64,000 nucleotides of DNA, taken from NCBI GenBank assembly GCA_045660295.1, contig JAZRDN010000035.1:1228-65227 (forward strand), given 5' to 3'. The DNA is from Eubacteriales bacterium. GTDB taxonomy: Bacteria; Bacillota; Clostridia; Oscillospirales; CAG-272. Position 1 is the first letter of the stretch. Each line of letters starts with the position of its first letter. The position numbers and the translations under genes were made by a program. The notes beneath the pieces are model-generated. The model ran no database searches and was not told where the DNA came from. It was given only the letters and a program-made list of their open reading frames with translations. Shown one piece after another: positions 38,157 through 47,851 of the stretch.

Positions 38157-40643
38157 CTATAAATTTGTGGGATTGAAGTCAATCGACAAGGCGGTCTTGT
38201 TTTTTGCTTCGATTCCGAATTTTATGAGTATGCGCGAGAACAGCTCTCGGCATTTTTTGTTCAGCTTGCATTTGATCACCATTCTCATGCGGTATTTTTC
38301 ATCCACCTTGTATACAGGTGCCTCAAAAGGTCCAAAGACCACGAAGGGCAGATCGGGGTAATCCTTGGTGGCGAGAATTTTAAACTCGTCGTATATGCGC
38401 TTTGCCGCCATGGCAAGCTCGTTTTCGCTTTGCGATACTATGTTGAGAAGCGCTATGTCACAGTAGGGGGGGAATTCAAGCAGCTTGCGGAGCTTTATCT
38501 CACGCTCAAAGAAGGTGTCGTAATCCTGCGCGCAGGCGAGCTTTATTATCTCATGGTCGGGGTTGTTGGTCTGAATGATGGCGTACCCCGCCTTTTTCGC
38601 ACGTCCCGCTCTGCCGATGACCTGCGTGAGCATGGCGAAGGTTCGCTCGGCGGCTCTGTAATCGTCAAGATAAAGCGATGAGTCGGCAAGCAAGATTCCC
38701 ACCAGCGTAACGTCAGGAAAATCGTGCCCCTTTGTCACCATTTGCGTTCCAAGCAGAATATCGGCCTCGTGACGTCTGAATTTGCCAAGAAGCTCGTCGT
38801 AGGAGCTTTTCGTTGCGGTGGTGTCGGTGTCCATGCGGAGAATTTTCGCGCTTGGCAAAAGCTCGGAAAGCTCGTGCTCAACGCGTTGCGTTCCGTAGCC
38901 CATAAAGGCGATGTGCTCGCTTCCGCAGTCGGGGCAGGTCTTGGGTACGGGCATTCTCATTCCGCACCAGTGGCAGATAAGCGTTCCGTCGTTGTACGTG
39001 CCTTTTTTCGTGTGGTAGGTCATAGAGACACTGCAACGAGGGCACGAAACCGCGTTGCCGCATGCGCGGCATGAGGCGAAATGATTGTAGCCTCTGCGGT
39101 TGAGGAACAAAATCGACTGTTCCTTCCCATTGTAGTTGTCTATAAGCGCGCGCGCCATGGTCTCGCCCATAGGAGTCATGTTGCCCGAGCGAAGCTCGTG
39201 CCTCATATCCGAGATAATGACCTCGGGCAGGGTAGCGCCGCCAAAGCGCTTGGTAAGGCGCAAAAGCGTGTATTTTCCCTCAAGCGCCTTTTGGTAGCTC
39301 TCCACCGACGGCGTAGCCGAGGCGAGAAGCATTACCGCGCTGTTTTCAGCGCATCTGAAGCGCGCGATGTCGCGCGTGTGATATTTTGGGTTCTGGTCTG
39401 ATTTATAGGTGTGCTCCTGTTCCTCGTCAATGATTATCATGCCGAGGTTTTTAACAGGCGAGAACACCGCCGAGCGAGTTCCGATGACCACGTCGGCGCG
39501 CCCCTCTTTTATGAGTGTGTAGGTGTCGATCCGCTCGCCCTGAGAAAGTCCCGAATGGACTACCGCTACCCGCTCGCCGTAGCGTGAGCAGAATATGCCC
39601 AGAGTTTGCGGCGTGAGCGATATTTCGGGCACGAGAATGATGACTCCGCGCCCCTTTGAAAGCGCGTGGTCTATGGCGGCAAGCATAACGCTTGTTTTTC
39701 CGCTTCCCGTGATGCCGTACAATAGCGCCGCCGCGGGCTTCCTTGAGTCAAGCATACCGCAAATAGACTCGTAAGCCTTTTGCTGCTCGTCGTTTAACTT
39801 TATCTCGCGGTTGTCTACGTTTTCGGGTGTCTCGTAAGGGATTCGGTATGAAATTTCCTTTTTCGCCTTGATAAGTCCCTTTTCGAGTAAGCTCTTAAGC
39901 TGGGCTTTCGTGGCTTTCGCCGCCTTGAGAATATCGTTTTCACTCATTTCTCCGAATTCCGAGAGGGCGGTGTATATTGCCCATGCCTTTGGCGAGCGCG
40001 GAATGTCGGGGTTGTTTTTTGAAAACAGCTCGGCTCTTGCCGCGGTTTCGTCAGCCGCCACCGAATATGACAGACTTTCTATTCCCGCTGAGCTGCTTTT
40101 GACCTTCAGCTCCTGCTTTACGTATCCGTTCTCGCTCAGCTTTTTGAGCTTGGCGGACGAAGATGCCCCGAATTTTGCCTTTATACTGCTCAGAGACGCC
40201 TTTTTGCGGCTCTTTACGTAGTCATAGACAAAAAGAGTCTGCGTGTCAAGTCCTTTCGGATTGTCAGGCAGAGTTTTTTCGGTTACCGAAAAATATTCCT
40301 CAAATCTGGACATGGCGGCTGAGGGGAGCATTGCGTGTACGGCGTCGCCGTAGGTGCAAAGCGTCATTTCCTTCATAAATCCGCATAGTCTAAGCATTTC
40401 ACCGCTGAGCGAAACGTCACGCGGACACACCGAGAGCATCGGTTTTACGTCGGCGTAATCGGAGCTGTCGGCAAGCCCGACAACAAGAGCCATATAGCGC
40501 TTGTTGCCGTTTCCGAAGGGGACTGTTACAAAGCTACCCACGTCCACAAGCTCGCGCATGTCGGGTGGGATAAAATAATCGTAGGGTCTGTCTATGCAAT
40601 AGGGCAGATCCAGAATACATACCTTGACGTATTGCTTGCTCAT
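38157..40643 (-). CDS. priA: Primosomal protein N' (replication restart helicase PriA)
   Basis: 828 aa. Walker A GITGSGKTS; DEEQE; Cys4 zinc motifs CRACGN..CPRC / CHWCG..CPDCG. Confidence 0.95.
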   Translation of the reverse strand: MSKQYVKVCILDLPYCIDRPYDYFIPPDMRELVDVGSFVTVPFGNGNKRYMALVVGLADSSDYADVKPMLSVCPRDVSLSGEMLRLCGFMKEMTLCTYGDAVHAMLPSAAMSRFEEYFSVTEKTLPDNPKGLDTQTLFVYDYVKSRKKASLSSIKAKFGASSSAKLKKLSENGYVKQELKVKSSSAGIESLSYSVAADETAARAELFSKNNPDIPRSPKAWAIYTALSEFGEMSENDILKAAKATKAQLKSLLEKGLIKAKKEISYRIPYETPENVDNREIKLNDEQQKAYESICGMLDSRKPAAALLYGITGSGKTSVMLAAIDHALSKGRGVIILVPEISLTPQTLGIFCSRYGERVAVVHSGLSQGERIDTYTLIKEGRADVVIGTRSAVFSPVKNLGMIIIDEEQEHTYKSDQNPKYHTRDIARFRCAENSAVMLLASATPSVESYQKALEGKYTLLRLTKRFGGATLPEVIISDMRHELRSGNMTPMGETMARALIDNYNGKEQSILFLNRRGYNHFASCRACGNAVSCPRCSVSMTYHTKKGTYNDGTLICHWCGMRMPVPKTCPDCGSEHIAFMGYGTQRVEHELSELLPSAKILRMDTDTTATKSSYDELLGKFRRHEADILLGTQMVTKGHDFPDVTLVGILLADSSLYLDDYRAAERTFAMLTQVIGRAGRAKKAGYAIIQTNNPDHEIIKLACAQDYDTFFEREIKLRKLLEFPPYCDIALLNIVSQSENELAMAAKRIYDEFKILATKDYPDLPFVVFGPFEAPVYKVDEKYRMRMVIKCKLNKKCRELFSRILIKFGIEAKNKTALSIDFNPTNL

Positions 40644-40681
40644 AACAGTCCTCCTTTCGAAAAAATTCAGGCAATCAGTGA

Positions 40682-41023
40682 TTATTCTTCTTCTGCCGCC
40701 GTAACCTCGTCCTCAAGCGTGGGAAGCTCGGTGGTCTCAACATCTTCCTCTGTCTCCACGGGAACAGACTCAACTATCTTGTAATCGCCCTTGTGGATGC
40801 GGTTGATAGCTATCTTTACAGCCTTTTCGTCCTTAAGCTCCTTGTCGATCATGTTTACCATAGACTTTTCGCTTTCCTTTGCGCCCGCAACTGCCTTTTC
40901 GGCAGCCTCGCGCTGTTTAACGTACTCGTCGGTAACTATGCGCGCGCACTTTGCCGTAGCGATAGCAAGCTGGTATCTGTTGAATTCGTCCTTTGTAAGT
41001 TCGCTGAATGTGGGGTAGATCAT
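40682..41023 (-). CDS. rpoZ: RNA polymerase subunit omega (long form with acidic tail)
   Basis: ..NRYQLAIATAKCARIV.. Located between gmk and priA. Confidence 0.85.
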   Translation of the reverse strand: MIYPTFSELTKDEFNRYQLAIATAKCARIVTDEYVKQREAAEKAVAGAKESEKSMVNMIDKELKDEKAVKIAINRIHKGDYKIVESVPVETEEDVETTELPTLEDEVTAAEEE

Positions 41024-41065
41024 TTGTTTATCTCCTTTGTGAATTGTTATTTATTTTGATAAGTA

Positions 41066-41707
41066 TTAGTTTTCAAGAAAATTTTTCGCCGCGTTTTTGT
41101 TGCGCTTGGATGCAAGCTGCTCGGCGCGGACTATGGCGAGGATATCCTCGGCGCATTTTTCAATCTCGTTGTCGTTGTTGTAAACGATGTAATGGTATTT
41201 GTTTGCCTGCGCCACCTCTTTTTTCGCCTGTGCGAGACGCGCGAGGATCTTGTCCTCGGTTTCGGTAGCTCTGCCGCGAAGGCGCTCCTCCTGCTTCTTG
41301 TGAGAGGGGGGGAGAAGCATAATAAGTACAGCGTCCTTGCGCTTCTTCTTTATTTTCATAGCGCCCTGTACCTCTATCTCAAGAATGAGGTGCTTTCCGC
41401 TTTCTATTACGTTTTCAGCCTCGGATTTCGGCGTTCCGTAATAGTTTCCGCAGTACTTCGCGTGCTCCAGAGTGTCGCGGTTTCTGATGCGCTCCTTGAA
41501 TTCCTCATGAGAAATATAGTTGTAATCCTTGCCGGCGATCTCTCCGTTACGGGGGGCTCTGGTAGTTATGGATACGGATTTTATAAAGCCGTATTTTTCG
41601 GTGAGAATTTCGGTTACCTTTCCTTTTCCGCTTCCCGCGGGACCCGAAATAACTATAAGCAGTCCTTTTTCAGCCATAATATCATCCTTTTCTGTGTTTG
41701 TTGTCAA
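41066..41707 (-). CDS. gmk: Guanylate kinase
   Basis: P-loop GPAGSGKG; ..TTRAPRNGE.. Confidence 0.94.
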   Translation of the reverse strand: MTTNTEKDDIMAEKGLLIVISGPAGSGKGKVTEILTEKYGFIKSVSITTRAPRNGEIAGKDYNYISHEEFKERIRNRDTLEHAKYCGNYYGTPKSEAENVIESGKHLILEIEVQGAMKIKKKRKDAVLIMLLPPSHKKQEERLRGRATETEDKILARLAQAKKEVAQANKYHYIVYNNDNEIEKCAEDILAIVRAEQLASKRNKNAAKNFLEN

Positions 41708-41710
41708 AAG

Positions 41711-41986
41711 TTATTCTTCTTCCTCGTCGTCACTTTCCTCGCCGCTGTTTTCAAGGCGGTTGGAAATTGTTTCGGTCTGTATAGCCGAAAGAATAACGTG
41801 CTCGGAGTCGGTTATGATCACCGAACGGGTTCTTCGTCCGCAGGTAACGTCAATGGCTCTGCCATCGTCCTTGGCGTCCTGAACCAAGCGCTTTACGGGC
41901 GCGGAGTCGGGGCTTGCCAGCGCCACCACTCTGTCGGCGGCGACCATGTTTCCAAAGCCTACGTTTATAAATTTCATGTGGGACAC
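41711..41986 (-). CDS. remA: RemA/YlzA-family (DUF370) regulator
   Basis: ..[28 protein letters not shown].. followed by an acidic tail. Confidence 0.88.
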   Translation of the reverse strand: MSHMKFINVGFGNMVAADRVVALASPDSAPVKRLVQDAKDDGRAIDVTCGRRTRSVIITDSEHVILSAIQTETISNRLENSGEESDDEEEE

Positions 41987-41992
41987 CTCGCT

Positions 41993-42877
41993 TTACTCGA
42001 TGTTTTGTATCTGCTCGCGTATCTTCTCGATCTCGGTCTTTACGTCAACCACGTGGTGAGCTATTTCCGAGTTGGAGCACTTTGAGCCGATAGTGTTTAT
42101 CTCTCTGTTCATTTCCTGAATAAGGAAGTCGAGCTTGCGTCCGACGGGTTCTTTCAGCTCGCAAATTTCGGAGAACGCCTTGAAGTGCGAACGCAGACGC
42201 ACCAGCTCCTCGTCAATGGCAACTCTGTCGGCGAATATGGCGCACTCTGTGAGAATACGGTTTTCGTCGATGGTTATTTTGTTGTCGGCAAGCATTTGAG
42301 TGAGCTTATCATGGAGCTTTGCCTGATAAGAGCTTATGTCGTTTGCCGAGAGGGCTTCTATCTTGCAAACGGTGTTGCTGATGTTCTCGACCTTTGACCT
42401 AAGGTCAGCCTCTATGTTTGCGCCCTCGCGCTCGCGTCCGTCAAGGAAGCTGTCAACCGCGGGGGACAGAACTGTAAGCAGGTCCTCCCAGTCCTTTTCC
42501 ATATCCTCCTCGGGCTTCTTTACCGTGAATATCTCCTTGTTTGCCGCTACGCTCATAACGCTGATGTCATCGCGCAGTCCGTGCTCATCGCGAAGCTCGT
42601 AAAGTGCCTTGAGATAGGGGCGGAGATAAGAGAGGTCAAGGGCGATTTCAACGCCGTCCGCGTCAACTACCTCAACGCCTATGTAAACGTCAACCTTTCC
42701 GCGCGAGATACCCTTGGATTGGAGATAGGGCTTTATCTTTTCCTCAAGGAAAGAGAACACGCGTGAAATTTTTACCGAACAGTCAAAGTATCTGCTGTTG
42801 ACAGAACGTATCTCAACGGTAATATCGCGTCCGTTTACCGTCTCCTTGGCTCTGCCGAATGCGGTCATGCTTTTCAT
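41993..42877 (-). CDS. yicC: YicC/YloC-family endoribonuclease-like stress protein
   Basis: MKSMTAFGRA.. N-terminus. C-terminal ..DFLIQEMNREINTIGSK.. motif. Confidence 0.9.
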   Translation of the reverse strand: MKSMTAFGRAKETVNGRDITVEIRSVNSRYFDCSVKISRVFSFLEEKIKPYLQSKGISRGKVDVYIGVEVVDADGVEIALDLSYLRPYLKALYELRDEHGLRDDISVMSVAANKEIFTVKKPEEDMEKDWEDLLTVLSPAVDSFLDGREREGANIEADLRSKVENISNTVCKIEALSANDISSYQAKLHDKLTQMLADNKITIDENRILTECAIFADRVAIDEELVRLRSHFKAFSEICELKEPVGRKLDFLIQEMNREINTIGSKCSNSEIAHHVVDVKTEIEKIREQIQNIE

Positions 42878-42921
42878 TATATCAAACCACCTTGTTAGTA
42901 AATTATAGACATATATAATAT

Positions 42922-42950
42922 ATTGTAATACTTTTTTGTCTTTTTGTCAA
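42922..42950 (-). promoter_or_regulatory. Sigma-A promoter of the yicC operon
   Basis: Minus strand: TTGACA (42950-42945), 17-nt spacer, TACAAT (42927-42922). Confidence 0.55.
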
Positions 42951-43030
42951 CCGAAATTGCAATTTTCCCTCTATATTTATAAAAAATTTTCGATTTTTTT
43001 GAAAATAAGAGAAAAATTTTGCAAATCCTA

Positions 43031-43059
43031 TTGCAAAATGTGAAAAAATGCGATATAAT
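43031..43059 (+). promoter_or_regulatory. Sigma-A promoter of efp
   Basis: TTGCAA (43031-43036), 17-nt spacer, TATAAT (43054-43059). Confidence 0.6.
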
Positions 43060-43124
43060 AATGTGTAATTATAAATACTTTGCGGCAAGCGCCGCATACT
43101 TTAAACATTTGGAGGTTTATTATT

Positions 43125-43682
43125 ATGGTAGTAGCCGGCGATTTCAAAAACGGAATTACTTTTGACATGGAGGGAAATGTATATCAGGTTATCGAGTTCC
43201 AGCATGTTAAGCCCGGTAAGGGAGCGGCTTTCGTCCGCACAAAGATCAAGAACGTTATTACAGGTTCTGTAATTGAGAGAACGTTCAGCCCCACAGATAA
43301 GTTCGAGAACGCTTATATCGAGAGAAAGGATATGCAGTATTCCTACAATGACGGTGATCTCTATTACTTCATGGATCAGGAAACTTACGATATGCTTCCC
43401 CTTAACAGCGACAAGCTTCCCGACAACTTCAAGTTTGTTAAGGAAGAAATGGTTTGTAAGATCGTTTCCTACAAGGGCAACGTGTTCGGAGTAGAGCCTC
43501 CTACATTCGTTGAGCTTGCGGTTACAGCAACCGACCCCGGTTTTGCAGGAAACACCGCTACAAACACACTCAAGCCCGCGACACTTGAGACAGGCGCTGA
43601 GATCAAGGTTCCCCTCTTTATTAACGAGGGTGACGTTCTTAAGATCGACACAAGAACAGGCGAGTATCTCTCCCGCGCATAA
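43125..43682 (+). CDS. efp: Elongation factor P
   Basis: Start ATG 43125 after GGAGG. ..[18 protein letters not shown].. Confidence 0.96.
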   Translation: MVVAGDFKNGITFDMEGNVYQVIEFQHVKPGKGAAFVRTKIKNVITGSVIERTFSPTDKFENAYIERKDMQYSYNDGDLYYFMDQETYDMLPLNSDKLPDNFKFVKEEMVCKIVSYKGNVFGVEPPTFVELAVTATDPGFAGNTATNTLKPATLETGAEIKVPLFINEGDVLKIDTRTGEYLSRA

Positions 43683-43715
43683 GGTTGCCTGAATTTTCTG
43701 AAAGGAACTGAAATT

Positions 43716-44192
43716 ATGAATCTTATTGAAAAATCCGCATATATCAAGGGTCTTGCAGACGGTCTTGATTATGATAAGACAACTAAGGAGGGCAAGCTTA
43801 TCGCGGCTCTTCTTGATATGGTTGACGTAATGGCGAAGCGCATCGAAACTCTTGAGGACTCTGTTGACGAGCTCAACGAGTACATCGAGGAGATCGACGA
43901 GGACCTTGGCGAGGTAGAGGAATACCTTTGCGAGGACGACGAATACGAGTGCGACGGCAATTGTGAGGATTGTGACGAGTGCGAGGATTGCGATGAGTGC
44001 GATTGCTGTGACGAATGTGACTGCTGCGACGACGAGGAGTATTATGAAATAAAGTGCCCCTCCTGCGGCGAGATCGTATATTTCGACGAGGACATCGATC
44101 CCGAGGATCTTGTTTGCCCCAACTGCCACGAAAAGTTCGCTTGTCTTGTTGACGAGGATGACCTTAAGTTGGTTGACGGTGAGGACAAGTAA
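43716..44192 (+). CDS. Highly acidic protein with Cys/Asp/Glu cluster and C-terminal zinc ribbon (recalled as CD1247-N-domain-like)
   Basis: 158 aa. CEDDEYECDGNCEDCDECEDCDECDCCDECDCC, then CPSCG..17..CPNC. Confidence 0.75.
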   Translation: MNLIEKSAYIKGLADGLDYDKTTKEGKLIAALLDMVDVMAKRIETLEDSVDELNEYIEEIDEDLGEVEEYLCEDDEYECDGNCEDCDECEDCDECDCCDECDCCDDEEYYEIKCPSCGEIVYFDEDIDPEDLVCPNCHEKFACLVDEDDLKLVDGEDK

Positions 44193-44207
44193 TTATTGAA
44201 TTTAATT

Positions 44208-44236
44208 AAACGGCGGCGCTTGTGCCGCCGTTTTTT
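44208..44236 (+). terminator. Rho-independent terminator
   Basis: Stem cggcggc / gccgccg followed by tttttt. Confidence 0.8.
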
Positions 44237-44510
44237 ATGGAGAAAAATATGGAAGAACGTGTTATTTGCGGTCTGCGATGCGTGGTGCGATATCCCGAAA
44301 ATTTTGATAGCGGTAAGAAATATGGTGGAGGGAATAAACAAACGCGTCGGCAACTCCAAGCTGACTGTTTATCCCGATACCGAACACAACGCGGGGGATC
44401 CTACGTACAGTAATCCCGAGGTTTGGGCGTGGATGCTCTCGCAAAGACGTGTGAAAAAAGACACCACCGACGGCGGCGTCTCTGATATGGATAGCAAAAG
44501 ATTTGGATAA
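44237..44510 (+). pseudogene. Remnant of an alpha/beta-hydrolase (carboxylesterase/peptidase-type) gene with internal deletion and frameshift
   Basis: N-terminal piece ..RVICGLRCVVRYPENFDSGKKY.. in one frame. C-terminal piece ..KLTVYPDTEHNAGDPTYSNPEVWAWMLSQRR.. in another. Catalytic core missing. Confidence 0.5.
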
Positions 44511-44536
44511 ATTGTGTTTTGATTGATACCGTTAGC

Positions 44537-44578
44537 AGACCTGTATCTTGCTCACAGCATAGATACGGGTCTTTTTTG
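44537..44578 (+). terminator. Rho-independent terminator
   Basis: 12-bp stem agacctgtatct / agatacgggtct (one G-U pair) followed by tttttt. Confidence 0.75.
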
Positions 44579-44660
44579 TGGTTTGTTTGGAATTTTCGGT
44601 AATAATATTTTTGCTTGATATAACGACAGGTTAAAAAAATATGAATTTTTAAAAATTCTA

Positions 44661-44689
44661 TTGATATTTTCAATAGTTTGTGTTATAAT
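44661..44689 (+). promoter_or_regulatory. Sigma-A promoter (extended -10) of the hemolysin-III gene
   Basis: TTGATA (44661-44666), 17-nt spacer, TGtTATAAT (-10 at 44684-44689). Palindrome ctattga-N5-tcaatag spans the -35. Confidence 0.6.
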
Positions 44690-44737
44690 AACCTCGAAAT
44701 ATAGTTTTCAAAACCATATCAAAAGGAGACGTTAAAC

Positions 44738-45418
44738 TTGTCAAACAGAATTGCGCTTAAGGACAGAGCGTTGCCCGTGTATACAAAGGGCGAAGAAATT
44801 TTCAATATGGTGTCGCATATCGTGGGCGGTGCGTGGGGAATCGTGGCGCTTAGCGTTTGTATGGCGATATCAATCTTCAAGGGAGATATCGCGGGATTTA
44901 TCTGCGGCTCGGTGTTTGGGATTTCTATGATATTGCTCTATACCGTTTCAAGCGTTTATCACGGATTGCGAACCAATATGGCTAAAAAGGTCTTTCAGGT
45001 TATAGACCACTGTACCATATACCTGCTGATAGCGGGAACTTATACGCCGATGCTGGTTTGCAGTCTCTCGAAGGGCTATCCCATCGAGGCGTGGATAACC
45101 TTTGCGGTTGTGTGGAGCTTTGCGGTGATAGCTACCGCGCTGACGGCGATAGACCTTAGAAAATATAGAGTTTTCAGCATGGCGTGCTATATCGGCATGG
45201 GCTGGGCGATAATTTTTTCAATAGATAAGATGTACCGCTCAATAAGCACCGCGGGATTCTGGCTTTTGCTCGGAGGCGGAATACTTTATACTGTTGGCGT
45301 TATCTTTTATAACGCGGGAAAGAAGAAGAAATATTTTCATTCTATCTTCCACCTGTTCGTGCTGGCGGGAAGTATAGCGCAGAGCTTCAGCGTGTTTATC
45401 GCGCTGTGGGCGGCATAA
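44738..45418 (+). CDS. Hemolysin III / PAQR-family membrane protein
   Basis: TTG start after AAGGAG. 7 TM spans. ..SHIVGG.., ..SSVYH.., ..DHCTIYLLIAGTYTP.., ..HLFVL.. motifs. Confidence 0.9.
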   Translation: MSNRIALKDRALPVYTKGEEIFNMVSHIVGGAWGIVALSVCMAISIFKGDIAGFICGSVFGISMILLYTVSSVYHGLRTNMAKKVFQVIDHCTIYLLIAGTYTPMLVCSLSKGYPIEAWITFAVVWSFAVIATALTAIDLRKYRVFSMACYIGMGWAIIFSIDKMYRSISTAGFWLLLGGGILYTVGVIFYNAGKKKKYFHSIFHLFVLAGSIAQSFSVFIALWAA

Positions 45419-45460
45419 TAATGAAAAGCGGATGTCGCAACGCGACAGCCGCCTAATTAT

Positions 45461-46435
45461 TTACTCGTCCTCATTTTCGTTCTTTTTGTTTTTTACCTTT
45501 TTGCTTACGACCAGTCCGATAACCGTGCCGCCACCTATGATAACCGCGAGAACGAGGATCGTGGGAAGCGCCGATACAAACCAGACCGCAAAGTCCTGGC
45601 AGTTGTCCGCAAAGTTCTTCCAGCTCTGCTTGAACGAGTTGGCAATGCGTGTGCCGAAGCTGGTCTTGGGAGTGGGCACCTCAACGTATTCTTTAACCTC
45701 ATCGAGATTGATGATCACAGTCGAGTAGGAGACCTTGTTATCGTAAATGTTAAGCTGGGTCTTGTTGGCCTCTATCTCCTCTATCGTCTTGTAAAGTCTG
45801 TCCTTTATTTCAAGCACCTCGGATACGTCCTTCGCCATTGTAAGCATTTCCTCGTAAGCCTTTCTTTCGGCTTCAAGCACCTCAATTCTTGCCTTCGTGT
45901 CGTAATACTGCGCGGTCACGTTCGACATTGAGGAGGACTGGGAGGTAATGTTTATCATGTTGCCTACCTCGCCAAGGAAAGCGTCGAGGTTTTCGGCGGG
46001 GATACGGAGCGTCATACGCGCGCTGCGCGTGTAGTAGTCGCCCGAATAATAGCTTCTGCCCGAGCTTGTGACTGATTCCTCATAACCGCCGTTCTGCTTG
46101 AGCGCTGCCAGAATTCCGTCAAGCGACTTTTCGTATTCCTTGGTCTGAGCGCTTATGTTGACGTTTTTGATTATCTTTTCACTGTAATCGCCGTTGTTCG
46201 CGCCAGTGCTTGAGTCTAAGACCTTCTCGCTCTCATAATACTTATTATATCCGCTACCCGAGACGTAACCGTTGTCGTAGCCGTATTCCATATCAAGTGA
46301 GGGCATCATTGCTTCGCCGGTCGAGGTGAGCATATCGCGGATTTGTGAAGAGTCCTCTTTAACAGCTCCGCAGGAAGCGAGAAGCGAAAGAAGAAGTATA
46401 AAAACAAGCGTGCAAATCAAAATTTTCTTTTTCAT
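45461..46435 (-). CDS. Lipoprotein with coiled-coil region and C-terminal TM anchor (DUF4349-like)
   Basis: Lipobox LLASCGA. ..TLRIPAENLDAFL.. then a coiled coil. Terminal hydrophobic span plus a basic/acidic tail. Confidence 0.65.
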   Translation of the reverse strand: MKKKILICTLVFILLLSLLASCGAVKEDSSQIRDMLTSTGEAMMPSLDMEYGYDNGYVSGSGYNKYYESEKVLDSSTGANNGDYSEKIIKNVNISAQTKEYEKSLDGILAALKQNGGYEESVTSSGRSYYSGDYYTRSARMTLRIPAENLDAFLGEVGNMINITSQSSSMSNVTAQYYDTKARIEVLEAERKAYEEMLTMAKDVSEVLEIKDRLYKTIEEIEANKTQLNIYDNKVSYSTVIINLDEVKEYVEVPTPKTSFGTRIANSFKQSWKNFADNCQDFAVWFVSALPTILVLAVIIGGGTVIGLVVSKKVKNKKNENEDE

Positions 46436-46533
46436 AACAAAAACCTCCGTTTTTAGTTTTCATTCATACAGACGGCATTTTTTTGAAAAAGTTCCCAAAA
46501 ATCGAAAATATTTTTAAATTTTTTATAAAACGC

Positions 46534-46576
46534 AAAAAAGTGCGAACACACTGCCCAAACGACAGTATGTTCGCAC
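46534..46576 (-). terminator. Rho-independent terminator of the oxidoreductase operon
   Basis: Stem gtgcgaaca / tgttcgcac with an inner actg/cagt helix. T-run on the minus strand (complement of 46534-46539). Confidence 0.7.
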
Positions 46577-46636
46577 AATTTAATTAAGTCTTAAGAGAAT
46601 TTTTGGGAGCTTTAAGCTATCCGTTCGCTTTCTCTA

Positions 46637-47815
46637 TTATACCTCGGGGATTGTGATCTCGATCTCGTGACCAAGCTCTGCGGACTTGCAGATACCGTCA
46701 AGGATAGCCTGGTTGATAACGATCTGAGAAGAGGGAATAGGAGCTGTGCCGCCATTCTTGCAAGCGTCGATGAACGCGCGAACCTTCTTCTCGAAGAGAG
46801 AAGCACCTTCGTTCTTCTGAACGGGGATCTCTGTGCAAACCTGAGAACCGCCAACCTCGTGGTAGATCTTAAGAGGACCGCCGATAGAACCGTTCCAGCA
46901 CTCTGTGGAGGGGATACGGAGACCGCCCTTTGTACCAAGGATAAGCGCGTCGCCCGCGGTATCCATGTTCATAGCCCAAGAAATTCTGAAGTCGAGGATA
47001 ATGTCGCCCTCAAGACGAACGAAGCCTGCGGCGAAATCGTCAACACCGAACTTCTCAGCGTACTCGGGATGACCGCTCTTTACGTAGGTAGAGTAGTTGG
47101 GGTCAGTTCCGAAGAACGCGGACTTGTAACCTGTAACCGTAAGAGGCTTGGGATAACCGATAGCGTTAAGGAGCATATCAAGAGAGTAGCATCCGATATC
47201 ACCGAGAGCGCCGATACCGCCTGTTTCCTTCTCGATGAAGGTTGTACCGAAGGGGGTGGGAATACCGCGACGGCGTCCGCCACCTGTCTGGATGTAGTAG
47301 ATCTTACCAAGCTCGCCGGACTCTACGATCTTCTTGATCATCTTCATGTTCTCGTCAAGTCTGGGCTGGAAGCCGATAGAAAGGATCTTTCCGCTCTTCT
47401 TCTCTGCCTTCATAACCTCAACAGCCTCCTCAAGGGTAACTGTGAAGGGCTTCTCAAGAAGAACGTGGAGACCGTTCTCAAGAGCGTAGATAGCGGGAGC
47501 GGCATGCTGGCGGTTGTATGTACAGATAGTAACCGCGTCAAGATTAAGAGACTTGTCGTCGATCATTTCCTTGTGGGATGCGTAATCGGTCTTAACACCC
47601 TCAACACCGCCGTCCTCAAAGAACTTAGCAGCCTTGCCGGGGATAAGGTCGCAACCTGCAACGATCTCTACGTCGGGCTGGTTCTTAAGAGCCTTGAGGT
47701 GAGATCCTGCGATCCATCCGCATCCGATAAAACCGATACGGAATTTCTTGCTTGTGTCAATTTTTGTTTCTGTGTGCACTTCTTTAAAAGCGTCAAGATT
47801 TTCATTGATTGCCAT
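46637..47815 (-). CDS. Gfo/Idh/MocA-family NAD(P)-dependent oxidoreductase
   Basis: Start ATG 47815 after GGAGG. Rossmann motif ..FRIGFIGCGWIAGSH.. and ..EKPF.. motif. Confidence 0.88.
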   Translation of the reverse strand: MAINENLDAFKEVHTETKIDTSKKFRIGFIGCGWIAGSHLKALKNQPDVEIVAGCDLIPGKAAKFFEDGGVEGVKTDYASHKEMIDDKSLNLDAVTICTYNRQHAAPAIYALENGLHVLLEKPFTVTLEEAVEVMKAEKKSGKILSIGFQPRLDENMKMIKKIVESGELGKIYYIQTGGGRRRGIPTPFGTTFIEKETGGIGALGDIGCYSLDMLLNAIGYPKPLTVTGYKSAFFGTDPNYSTYVKSGHPEYAEKFGVDDFAAGFVRLEGDIILDFRISWAMNMDTAGDALILGTKGGLRIPSTECWNGSIGGPLKIYHEVGGSQVCTEIPVQKNEGASLFEKKVRAFIDACKNGGTAPIPSSQIVINQAILDGICKSAELGHEIEITIPEV

Positions 47816-47851
47816 GATATTTTTCCTCCAAAAATAAATTTGTTTCAAAAA

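Noticed and set aside
42903-43097. A 64-aa ORF in the yicC-efp intergenic region.
   Set aside because: It lies across two back-to-back sigma-A promoters in very AT-rich DNA, has no SD, and translates to an implausible hydrophobic/basic sequence.
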